From Candidatus Adlerbacteria bacterium (GTDB lineage Bacteria; Patescibacteriota; Minisyncoccia; Phycocordibacterales; SBAW01), in contig CAIRHB010000002.1 of assembly GCA_903878285.1 (NCBI GenBank), forward strand, positions 808 to 64,807: 64,000 bases of DNA. The letters run 5' to 3'. Made by a program: the position numbers and the translations under genes. Shown here piece by piece: positions 17,350-26,127 of the stretch. The notes beneath the pieces were generated by a model. The model saw only the letters and a program-made list of their open reading frames with translations. It did no database searches and had not been told where the DNA came from. Each line of letters opens with the position of its first letter. Position 1 is the first letter of the stretch.

Positions 17350-18633
17350 ATGGACAAGGAAAATATTGCGATTGTGTACGTACCCATTACTAACCTCAAG
17401 CCAGCCACCTACAATCCACGCAAGATCTCCAAGGAGGCAATGGAGCAGCTGAAAGAGAGTATCAAGCGATACTCAATGGTTGATCCCATAATCGCGAATT
17501 CTGCGCCCAAGCGTAAGGACATTGTTATTGGCGGACACATGCGTCTGCGTGCCGCAAAAGCACTCGGGCATAAAATCATTCCTGTGGTGTATGTAGATAT
17601 TCCTAACCTCAAGAAAGAGCAGGAATTGAACCTGCGTCTTAATCGCTCAACGGGAGAATGGGATTTCGAGAAGTTGAAGTTTTTTGACTCTGACTTTCTC
17701 ACCGACATCGGCTTTAACGATTCTGACTTGGCCGACATATGGAAAGAAAATCTCGAAGCTGAAAATGACGATTTCGACACCGATGCCGAACTCGCCAAAA
17801 TCAAGAAGCCAAAAACAAAACTCGGTGACTTGATTGCCCTCGGTGACCACCGCCTCATCTGCGGTGATTCAACCAATCCCGCAGTACTCAAGAAACTGCT
17901 TGGCAAGGATCGCGCCTCGATGATATATAGCGACCCTGTCTACAATATCCAGATTGATTACAACGGCGGTATCGGGGGTAAGCAGAATTACGGTGGCAAT
18001 GTAAACGATCACCGCACCTACGACGAGTACAAGGAATTCCTCAAGAAAAGCCTCGTAGCCGCTCTTGCAGTATCAAAGCCCGATACGCACGTTTTCTATT
18101 GGAGCGATGAGACATACATCGGCCTTATACAAGAGCTGTACCGCGACCTCGGCATTCAGAATAAGCGCGTATGTCTGTGGCTAAAAAATTCGCAAAACCC
18201 TGTACCATCCGTCGCGTTCAACAAATGCTACGAGCCATGTACATATGGCGTACGCGGAAAGCCATATATCTCTAAACACATTCTCAATCTCAATGAGGTG
18301 CTGAACAAGGAACTCACAACTGGCAATAATCTCATTCAAGAAACCTTGTATCATCTCGACCTGTGGATGGTTAAACGACTCTCGGGCAAGGACTACGAAC
18401 ACGCAACATCGAAGCCACCAAAGCTCCATGAAAAAGCGATACGCCGTTGCACCAAACCTAACGATATTATCCTCGACAGCTTTTCTGGCAGTGCTTCAAC
18501 AATGATTGCTGCCGATCAACTCAAACGCCGCGCCTACTTGGTCGAACTGGAACCGCGCTTCTGCGACCTGGCTATTAAGCGATACGAGAAGCTCACGGGA
18601 AAGAAAGCTCGCGTAATCTCCAACGGCTTATGA
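17350..18633 (+). CDS. ParB-like nuclease domain fused to DNA methyltransferase, copy B
   Basis: About 45% identity to copy A by eye (YNPRK, IVIGGHMRL; SDPVY variant of DPPY; FSGSAST). An alternative upstream start lies at 17311. Confidence 0.85.
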   Translation: MDKENIAIVYVPITNLKPATYNPRKISKEAMEQLKESIKRYSMVDPIIANSAPKRKDIVIGGHMRLRAAKALGHKIIPVVYVDIPNLKKEQELNLRLNRSTGEWDFEKLKFFDSDFLTDIGFNDSDLADIWKENLEAENDDFDTDAELAKIKKPKTKLGDLIALGDHRLICGDSTNPAVLKKLLGKDRASMIYSDPVYNIQIDYNGGIGGKQNYGGNVNDHRTYDEYKEFLKKSLVAALAVSKPDTHVFYWSDETYIGLIQELYRDLGIQNKRVCLWLKNSQNPVPSVAFNKCYEPCTYGVRGKPYISKHILNLNEVLNKELTTGNNLIQETLYHLDLWMVKRLSGKDYEHATSKPPKLHEKAIRRCTKPNDIILDSFSGSASTMIAADQLKRRAYLVELEPRFCDLAIKRYEKLTGKKARVISNGL

Positions 18634-19040
18634 AGAAAAATAAAGTAAAAGATGCGTTCCTTATGGAACTGCGAAAAATTCCGATTGTCCAAGTTGCCTG
18701 TGAAAAGGTCGGCGTGTCCCGCAATAGTGTCTACCGTTGGCGCACGGAGGATGAGGAATTTCGTAAAGAAATGGAAACGGCGCTCACGGAGGGCGAAGCG
18801 TTAGTAAATGATATGAGCGAAAGCCAATTACTCAGTCTTATTCGTGAAAAAAATTGGTCGGCAATTAGTTTCTGGCTACGACATCGCAACCCAAAGTTTA
18901 AGGAACGCGTAGAGATTACCGCGAAAATCGAGAAATCAAACGAGCCACTCACTCCCCAACAAGAGGCCGATATCAAGTTGGCGATGCAACTTGGACTACC
19001 GCAACAAACATATGGAGAAACTAAAAGCACTGACCAGTGA
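18630..19040 (+). CDS. Terminase small subunit-like HTH protein, copy B
   Basis: HTH (VGVSRNSVYRWRTEDEEF). It overlaps the start of the terminase large gene. Confidence 0.6.
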   Translation: MKKNKVKDAFLMELRKIPIVQVACEKVGVSRNSVYRWRTEDEEFRKEMETALTEGEALVNDMSESQLLSLIREKNWSAISFWLRHRNPKFKERVEITAKIEKSNEPLTPQQEADIKLAMQLGLPQQTYGETKSTDQ

Positions 19041-20475
19041 TGAAGAGCGAATCATCGAGCAGATGATTCGTGACAGGAACTTCCGCATAGCAATGGTGAC
19101 CAAAAGCCATTTCTGGTTCTTTCACTATTACTTTGGCAAGGACTATGTGAAATACCGCACCGCCGACTTCCATAAGGAAATATTCCAACTCACTGAAAAT
19201 CCCGATCTACAGAACATCGTCATTACCGCTTTCCGAGGTAGTGGCAAAAGTACGATAGTAACCCTCTCGTATGTAATTTGGTCGATCCTCGGCGAACAGC
19301 AGAAAAAGTACCCCATTATCCTCGGGCAGACCCAACTCAAGGCACAGGCGCACCTACAGGCTATCAAGCGTGAACTGGAGCATAACGAGGCTCTGAGAGC
19401 CGACCTAGGGCCGTTTCGCGAGGAGAATAACCAGTGGGGTGCGCTTTCCCTCATCCTCCCTCAATACGGAGCCAAGATATCTACGGGGTCGGTGGAGCAG
19501 AGCATACGAGGTATGCGTCACTATCAGCACCGCCCCGACCTCATCATCTGTGACGACATCGAGGATCCCGATTCGGTGCGTACTCAAGAGAACCGCGACA
19601 AGCTGTTTGACTGGCTCACGGGCGATGTACTTCCTGCGGGAGACAAAGGTACGCGCATGATGTTCATTGGCACACCACTTCACGAGGACTCACTGCTTCG
19701 TCGCCTCGAAAAGCTGTTTACGAATGGCGATGCAAAAAGTGCGTTTCGGCGATATCCAATTGTTGATGAAAACGGCACACCACTGTGGATTGGTAAATTT
19801 GCAACTCAAAACGATATTGATGCAGAGAAAGCGAAGTGCCTCAACATCGTGGCATGGCAACGCGAGTACATGCTGAAGATAGTGCAGAGCGATACGCAGA
19901 TCGTAAAGCGTGAATGGATAAAAACGTACACAGAAGTACCGAGCGGACCAGATTGTAAATTCAGGTATGCCGCTACAGCCATTGATCCTGCACGCTCACA
20001 AAAGGCAACGGCGGATTGCACAGCAATGGTATCGGGCAAGATATACGGCACGAAAGCTGATAGAAAAATCTATATCATGCCGAATCCCATAAACGCTCGA
20101 CTGACCAGTGAGCAAACTATCCAGAGTGCCGTAAATATTTCACTCGCCCTCGGGAATGGAGCAGCTACAAAGGTATATGTTGAGGAAGTGGGGCTTCAGG
20201 GGTATCTCACTGACTTTCTAAAAGCGCGTGGCATACCCGCTATTCCGTACCCGATTCGTGGGCAAACCAAAGAGGGTCGATTACAGGCGGTTGCCGCGCT
20301 TATCGAACTAGGTACGATACTCTTTCCCGAGAAAGGTGCAGAGCAACTGGTAGAGCAGATCCTAGGATTTGGCACCGAGAAGCATGACGATTTAGTCGAT
20401 GCGTTTACGATTCTCGTTCTACAACTTTTAGAAAGCACAAAACTCTATCCACAAATACAGTGGATCCGCCTCTAA
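18991..20475 (+). CDS. Phage terminase large subunit
   Basis: Walker A (FRGSGKST), Walker B (LIICDD), and a C-terminal RNase-H-like nuclease region (AIDPA...KHDDLVDA). Confidence 0.85.
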   Translation: MDYRNKHMEKLKALTSDEERIIEQMIRDRNFRIAMVTKSHFWFFHYYFGKDYVKYRTADFHKEIFQLTENPDLQNIVITAFRGSGKSTIVTLSYVIWSILGEQQKKYPIILGQTQLKAQAHLQAIKRELEHNEALRADLGPFREENNQWGALSLILPQYGAKISTGSVEQSIRGMRHYQHRPDLIICDDIEDPDSVRTQENRDKLFDWLTGDVLPAGDKGTRMMFIGTPLHEDSLLRRLEKLFTNGDAKSAFRRYPIVDENGTPLWIGKFATQNDIDAEKAKCLNIVAWQREYMLKIVQSDTQIVKREWIKTYTEVPSGPDCKFRYAATAIDPARSQKATADCTAMVSGKIYGTKADRKIYIMPNPINARLTSEQTIQSAVNISLALGNGAATKVYVEEVGLQGYLTDFLKARGIPAIPYPIRGQTKEGRLQAVAALIELGTILFPEKGAEQLVEQILGFGTEKHDDLVDAFTILVLQLLESTKLYPQIQWIRL

Positions 20476-20554
20476 GAGGCTAAATACCATGCGACGAAAC
20501 GGCTAGTCTGCATAGCTATGCAGGGCTGGTGGTTCTGGCATCAATGGTGGTCGC

Positions 20555-21880
20555 ATGAATATACAAGCACCAACAGCCCTTATGGGCAAACCACAACTAT
20601 TACCAGCAGTAAAAATGAAGTACGTTCTTTATGCTCGAAAAAGCACCGAGACAGAAGAACGGCAGATATTGTCGATTGATTCGCAGGTAAAAGAGATGCT
20701 CCAAATTGCCGAGCGAGAGAATATAGAGGTTATAGATATTCGTCGCGAGTCGCATTCGGCAAAGGATTCGGGGCAGAGGCCAGTCTTTAAAGAAATCCTC
20801 GAAGATCTACGGCGACAACGATTTAATGGCATTCTGACATGGGCACCAGATCGTTTGAGTCGAAACGCAGGTGACCTCGGAAGCCTCGTAGATTTAATGG
20901 ATCAAAAGTTACTGCTCGAAATTCGGACTTACGGTCAACAGTTCAGAAACTCACCAAACGAAAAGTTCTTGCTGATGATTCTCTGTAGCCAAGCAAAGCT
21001 CGAAAACGACAACAAAAGTATTAACGTGAAGCGAGGGCTTCGGACGAGGTGCGAAATGGGACTGAGGCCAGGCTCACCACCGATCGGATATCTGAACGAG
21101 CGGCACATGGATAGAAAGTGCGAAGCGATAGTAGATCCCGAACGAGGCCCTGTAATTAAGAAAATCTTTGAGAAAGTAGCATACGAAAAGTGGAGTGGTC
21201 GAAAGATATATAACTGGCTGAAGTTCGACCTGAATTTCAAGAGTGCTACTGGCAAGAAAGGCCTCGCTCTCGGCAATATCTACCTCATTCTTCAAAATCC
21301 TTTTTACTACGGTGTTTTTGAGTATCCTGCAAAGAGCGGGAACTTTTATACAGGCAAACACACACCGCTCATTACGAAAGAGCTTTTTGATCAAGTGCAG
21401 TCGCAGGTGAAAAGTAACGTGCTTCGGGTTGAGAATAAGGAGTTTGCCTTCACTAAACTCATGACATGCGGAATGTGCGGTTCGGGCATATCTGCCGACG
21501 AGAAGTTCAAGAAGCAAAAGAATGGCGGCGTACACAGACATGTCTACTACGGCTGTACCAAGGCGAGAGACAAGAACTGCAAGGGCGGATACATAAATGA
21601 GGTGGAGCTGATCGAGCAACTCGAAGTACTCATGGAGGAAATGAACTTAGACGAGATTGGCATCAAAGAAAAGATTAAGAATGAAGTGACGAGATTCAAA
21701 AAGTTTCAGAAAGTGCTCTTGGGTAAAAAAGAAGAAGTAAACGTAGTCGATATTGATATCAGAAACTACATGCGTTTTATCCTCCGTGAGGGCGAAGATT
21801 CAGAGAAAAGAGAATTGCTCGGCTGCCTTACATCGAGAGTTTCGCTGAAGGAAAAGAAACTGACGCTAGCAAATGTTTAG
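20555..21880 (+). CDS. Large serine recombinase, copy B
   Basis: About 65-70% identity to copy A by eye, with the same YARKST / SIDSQ catalytic region and zinc ribbon. Confidence 0.9.
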   Translation: MNIQAPTALMGKPQLLPAVKMKYVLYARKSTETEERQILSIDSQVKEMLQIAERENIEVIDIRRESHSAKDSGQRPVFKEILEDLRRQRFNGILTWAPDRLSRNAGDLGSLVDLMDQKLLLEIRTYGQQFRNSPNEKFLLMILCSQAKLENDNKSINVKRGLRTRCEMGLRPGSPPIGYLNERHMDRKCEAIVDPERGPVIKKIFEKVAYEKWSGRKIYNWLKFDLNFKSATGKKGLALGNIYLILQNPFYYGVFEYPAKSGNFYTGKHTPLITKELFDQVQSQVKSNVLRVENKEFAFTKLMTCGMCGSGISADEKFKKQKNGGVHRHVYYGCTKARDKNCKGGYINEVELIEQLEVLMEEMNLDEIGIKEKIKNEVTRFKKFQKVLLGKKEEVNVVDIDIRNYMRFILREGEDSEKRELLGCLTSRVSLKEKKLTLANV

Positions 21881-21883
21881 TAA

Positions 21884-24181
21884 CTAGAGAGATTTTAGTC
21901 GCGTTAAAACCTCTTCCGTGTTGCCCGTGTGAACCAAGAAAAAGTGCAATTTGCCTTTACCAAGCTTTGCCCACACATTTGCAATTTCAACTTTGTATGC
22001 AGTATCGTCGTTACTGATACGATCTTCACCTTTCCACTCGAGAGCAACAATGCTGCCCTTCTTTGTGACAGCAACGAAATCGGGATAAAATTTTCCCTTG
22101 CGCCATCCTTGAATATAAAACGGATCGACTTTCTCACGGTTGCGGACCCAGAACTCGATGTTGTCCAAAATGCCGAGGTCGATACGCTCAACGAAGCCAC
22201 GTTCCTCGCCATTGATAGCGTCTATCCTTTCGTAGAGGTTCTTGTTAAATACCTTAGCCACTGGTGATTTAAGCGTGATAGTTGGTGGGTATGAATCGAA
22301 AGCATCTACTGAGAGTTTCTTTTTTGAAATGAGGCCCGTAAAAACCTTTTTGGTGTATGCCTCAAGTACTTCAGTAATAACTACAGAAAGTCGATCGGCC
22401 AATAAATATCTATTTACCGAGAGTTCAGGAAGTGAGCGTTTGTGTTTCTTAATTTGGGTCTGTACTGCTTTCTCAATAAATCCGACCTTGTCGTCAGGAC
22501 TGACCATTGGAAATCGCAGTTTCTTATCGAGCCATGATATCAACTCATCGGTGGAATGGTCGCCATCGAGATACTGGTACGGGAGTGAAAGTTGCTTACC
22601 TTGTAACCACTCGTCGTCTTCCGTGATGTCGATAGTGGCTTGTCCGTCTAGGTCGTAGTGAATCTTGAACCCAAAATCAGCGTCCTGTTTTGCGAGTTCA
22701 AAATCTTCACCCAAAAGATCTTCAAACGCGAGCTTATCTTTTCCGAACGTCATCATCGGGACTTTGAGATCTTTCTTGATTGCTTTCTTTGCCTCCATCG
22801 GATCGGCGTATTCTTTCTCATCAGTCGCACCTACAAAATCAGCCCTGCTGTAACCGTTGTCTTCAAGGCCTTTGATCACACGACTCGCTGCATCATTAAA
22901 ATTTGGGGCTGACGCAAATACATAGCTACGATTGAGTGCCTCGTCTGTTTTTCGTTTTGCATTAGGCATGCGGATAACACGGCCGATGATTTGTTCAACT
23001 GCAACTTTCGCACCTAAGTTGGCAACAGAAATAAGTACATAGGCATACGAACAATCCCAACCCTCGGAGAGAGCGTTCACGGTAAGTATGTACCGAACTT
23101 CACATTTCTTATCGAACAAATCGATCCCATCAAGCTCATCCACTTCAGAGGTTTTAATCTTAATCTGGCTTTCAGGAATTTTTCTATCCAAAAGCAGCTT
23201 CTTTAATTGTTCTACGGTGACAGTTGTACGCACCTTGCTCTTCGGTTGGGCCTGAAGTAGGGCGATTGGGCGAATGCGTTCGCCTTTTAGCTTTCCTGCT
23301 CGCTTCTCAAGTTCCTCACGCTTCATCAGACCATCTGCGACGACCTGCTCCCATTGTGATCGGCTCTCAAGCACGATTGGGATTTTGACCATGTCTTCGA
23401 GCTTGAGTTCAGCAGCGCCGATCTTCACGAGCACATTACTCCCGTCACGAGGAGTAGCGGTAAATTCAATGATGAAAGAAGGCTTGAGATCTGAGAGGAA
23501 TCGAATAGAGAGATCGGTCTGCGTGTGATGTCCCTCGTCGATGACGATAAGCGGATTATTCTTGCGGATCACATTGGCGAGCGAGTTCACGACCGTGCCA
23601 GCGTCGTCTTTTTCTAGCATCGACTCGTCTTTAAGATTTTGGAAGTGATCCATGAGAGACCCGTTCTCTTTGTAGACTTTGTACTTCTTTTGAATTGAGG
23701 AGTCTTTGCGGAACGCATCGAGGCTGGCCACAATGATGCAGAGATTATTGCGTACATCTTCCGGCGTAATGGTGAGCGCCTCTTCGTTCGAGAAAATCTT
23801 AAACTTGGTATCGAATGACTCGTTGAGCATCTCGTAGTGCCAGTCCTTTGCATCACGGAATTTCTTTAGGGTCTGTGTCTTGATCGAGTCTGACGGCACG
23901 AACCACATCACAATTCCGGTATCCATTTTATGCTGGAGCGAAATGCTCATGATGCGCTCAACTGCTTTGCAGCCGACAAGCGTCTTACCGCCACCAGTTG
24001 GAATACGGATACACACAAACGGCACATCCCCAAACCACTCGTGGTTGTACTTTGGCCAGTCGTGACCGTACTTCTCCTCGGTGATCTCAGTAAAGGCATA
24101 GCGCGGCTTCAGCTTCTTGGACAACTCCAAAAATTGGCTGAGAGTATCTATGGCACTTTCCTGATAGCGCTTTAGTTTCAT
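21884..24181 (-). CDS. Type III restriction enzyme Res subunit
   Basis: SF2 helicase motifs (PTGGGKT, VIDEGHH) and a C-terminal endonuclease region. It is located directly downstream of mod. Confidence 0.85.
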   Translation of the reverse strand: MKLKRYQESAIDTLSQFLELSKKLKPRYAFTEITEEKYGHDWPKYNHEWFGDVPFVCIRIPTGGGKTLVGCKAVERIMSISLQHKMDTGIVMWFVPSDSIKTQTLKKFRDAKDWHYEMLNESFDTKFKIFSNEEALTITPEDVRNNLCIIVASLDAFRKDSSIQKKYKVYKENGSLMDHFQNLKDESMLEKDDAGTVVNSLANVIRKNNPLIVIDEGHHTQTDLSIRFLSDLKPSFIIEFTATPRDGSNVLVKIGAAELKLEDMVKIPIVLESRSQWEQVVADGLMKREELEKRAGKLKGERIRPIALLQAQPKSKVRTTVTVEQLKKLLLDRKIPESQIKIKTSEVDELDGIDLFDKKCEVRYILTVNALSEGWDCSYAYVLISVANLGAKVAVEQIIGRVIRMPNAKRKTDEALNRSYVFASAPNFNDAASRVIKGLEDNGYSRADFVGATDEKEYADPMEAKKAIKKDLKVPMMTFGKDKLAFEDLLGEDFELAKQDADFGFKIHYDLDGQATIDITEDDEWLQGKQLSLPYQYLDGDHSTDELISWLDKKLRFPMVSPDDKVGFIEKAVQTQIKKHKRSLPELSVNRYLLADRLSVVITEVLEAYTKKVFTGLISKKKLSVDAFDSYPPTITLKSPVAKVFNKNLYERIDAINGEERGFVERIDLGILDNIEFWVRNREKVDPFYIQGWRKGKFYPDFVAVTKKGSIVALEWKGEDRISNDDTAYKVEIANVWAKLGKGKLHFFLVHTGNTEEVLTRLKSL

Positions 24182-24187
24182 AAATAT

Positions 24188-25879
24188 TTAGTAGACCTTA
24201 ATTTCGTACGGAATCTGCTTGAAGGTGATTCCTTTTTCTTTCAGCTCATCCTCGTCAATGAGACAGCGATCGGCGTAGATGACAGCCGTGCCACTTACCT
24301 TGAGCTTTGATAGCGCCGCGCGAGTGAGGTCGTTTTTGTTTTTGCCGGAATAGATGAGGTAGTACGAAGTGCCGTGATTTTCGCCGATCATCGGCGGCTT
24401 CACGGCTTTTTTGTCGATGTTGGTATGAGTCTCGGTGAAATAAATATAGCTGGCCAATTGATCGTAAGAGCAGGTCTCATCAATCTGTCCTTTTTCGTCG
24501 AAGAGAGGTTTTGCCAGCTCACAGAACTCAAAATCAGATTTGTAATCGTATTTACTTATCATGCTTTTCACTCGAGTAGCCGTAATTGGCATGGCCACAG
24601 AATCTTCCATTTCTACAAGGATAAATTTTCTGCTGCCACCGTCCTCTTTATTTAAATCCAAGACTGCGTGTGCTGTTGTGCCGGAACCTGCAAATGAATC
24701 AAGCACCATATCATTTTTACCTGTTCCGATTTTTACAATGTACTTGATAAGGTCTTTTGGTTTCGGGTACTGAAAACTTATTTTCATGCTCTCTAGTTCG
24801 GACCGCATCTTCTCAGTGGTACTGAAATTTCTAAGCACGGACACGATGTGACTCACATTATTGCCTCGATCTTTGCGGTAATAAATAACCCCATTTTCAC
24901 TTATGTAAAAACTTAACTTCATTCCGTCGCCATCGTTTATAGGTTCGCATTTATTCTCAATGAATGATCGCAGTTTGTTGGCATTAGCCCAGCCAGAAAA
25001 CACCTTACATGGTTTCTTAAGCTTGCCCATCTCGACGGTGAGAGGATTGATTCTTAGAGGAAATTGTACTTTTCCATATTTAGCCTTGAGTTGATTGCTG
25101 GTCAGATCACTTGCTTTCATTTGCTCGATCAGGCCACGCGGGATATCACTGGCAGGCAAAGATAATTTCTCGACAGTACAAGGAAATCCTGCTGGAAGCT
25201 CTATCTCGCTCGGAGGATTCCCCGGACCATTTTTGGTAATTGAATTTTCTGCAAAACCCGCCCAGAGATTGCTTTCTTCTCGAGTGTTTGGGTCTATTAC
25301 ATTTCCGAGAGCCATTTTTGGTCTTGCGGCAGAATACATAACGATGTACTCATGGTTAACTTTCACATGGAATTGATTGTCCGTATGGCCATCAGTATTC
25401 CAGACGAATTGTGCTACAAAATTATTCTTACCAAAAATCTCGTCCATTAAATACCTCAATGATTGGACTTCGTTATCATCAATACTTACGAATATCACAC
25501 CGTCTTCCGATAGAAGGCGTTTTAGTAAATTAAGTCTCGGATACATCATGCAGAGCCATTTGTCGTGACGAGTTAGATCCTCCGATTCAGGACCGACAAC
25601 GCTACCGATCCACTCTTTAATTTTGGGAGAATTAACCTTGTCGTTGTAGACCCACTTTTGTTTCCCTGTGTTGTATGGAGGATCGATATAAATGCACTTG
25701 ATTTTCCCTTGGTAGAAGGGCATCAGGGCCTTTAAGGCTTCGAGATTGTCACCGTGGATGATGAGATTTTCGGACGATTTGCCGACAGACGCACCCGAGA
25801 CTTTTTCAAGGAGCTTAAATGGCACCTCCTTGTCGTGGTTTACTACTGCGTCTTTGCCGATCCAATTTAGAGTTGCCAT
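24188..25879 (-). CDS. Type III restriction-modification Mod subunit (N6-adenine DNA methyltransferase)
   Basis: IDPPYN catalytic motif and FAGSGTT AdoMet motif. It forms an operon with res. Confidence 0.85.
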   Translation of the reverse strand: MATLNWIGKDAVVNHDKEVPFKLLEKVSGASVGKSSENLIIHGDNLEALKALMPFYQGKIKCIYIDPPYNTGKQKWVYNDKVNSPKIKEWIGSVVGPESEDLTRHDKWLCMMYPRLNLLKRLLSEDGVIFVSIDDNEVQSLRYLMDEIFGKNNFVAQFVWNTDGHTDNQFHVKVNHEYIVMYSAARPKMALGNVIDPNTREESNLWAGFAENSITKNGPGNPPSEIELPAGFPCTVEKLSLPASDIPRGLIEQMKASDLTSNQLKAKYGKVQFPLRINPLTVEMGKLKKPCKVFSGWANANKLRSFIENKCEPINDGDGMKLSFYISENGVIYYRKDRGNNVSHIVSVLRNFSTTEKMRSELESMKISFQYPKPKDLIKYIVKIGTGKNDMVLDSFAGSGTTAHAVLDLNKEDGGSRKFILVEMEDSVAMPITATRVKSMISKYDYKSDFEFCELAKPLFDEKGQIDETCSYDQLASYIYFTETHTNIDKKAVKPPMIGENHGTSYYLIYSGKNKNDLTRAALSKLKVSGTAVIYADRCLIDEDELKEKGITFKQIPYEIKVY

Positions 25880-25880
25880 A

Positions 25881-26126
25881 TTATTCGGTGCTCGTTTGCT
25901 TTAAAAAATTTTCAAATTCACTGCGGTCTATCCGAAACTCCTTACCAATTTTGTGTGCTTTAAGTCGTTTCGCCTTGATGTAGCGGTAAATGGTCATGAC
26001 GTTCAGACTCAACTTCTCGGCTAGATCGTGCGCCGTGTAGAACTCTTTTTCGTCTTTCTCCATACTTTTATGATACTTTACTTTTGTTGACATTACAACA
26101 CTCGAAGGAATACAATGTGGATGCAA
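25881..26126 (-). CDS. Excisionase-family HTH DNA-binding protein (possible R-M controller)
   Basis: The MTIYRYIKAKRLKAHKIGKEFRI motif matches the excisionase-family DNA-binding domain. The true start is probably an internal Met. It abuts the mod start. Confidence 0.6.
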   Translation of the reverse strand: MHPHCIPSSVVMSTKVKYHKSMEKDEKEFYTAHDLAEKLSLNVMTIYRYIKAKRLKAHKIGKEFRIDRSEFENFLKQTSTE

Positions 26127-26127
26127 T

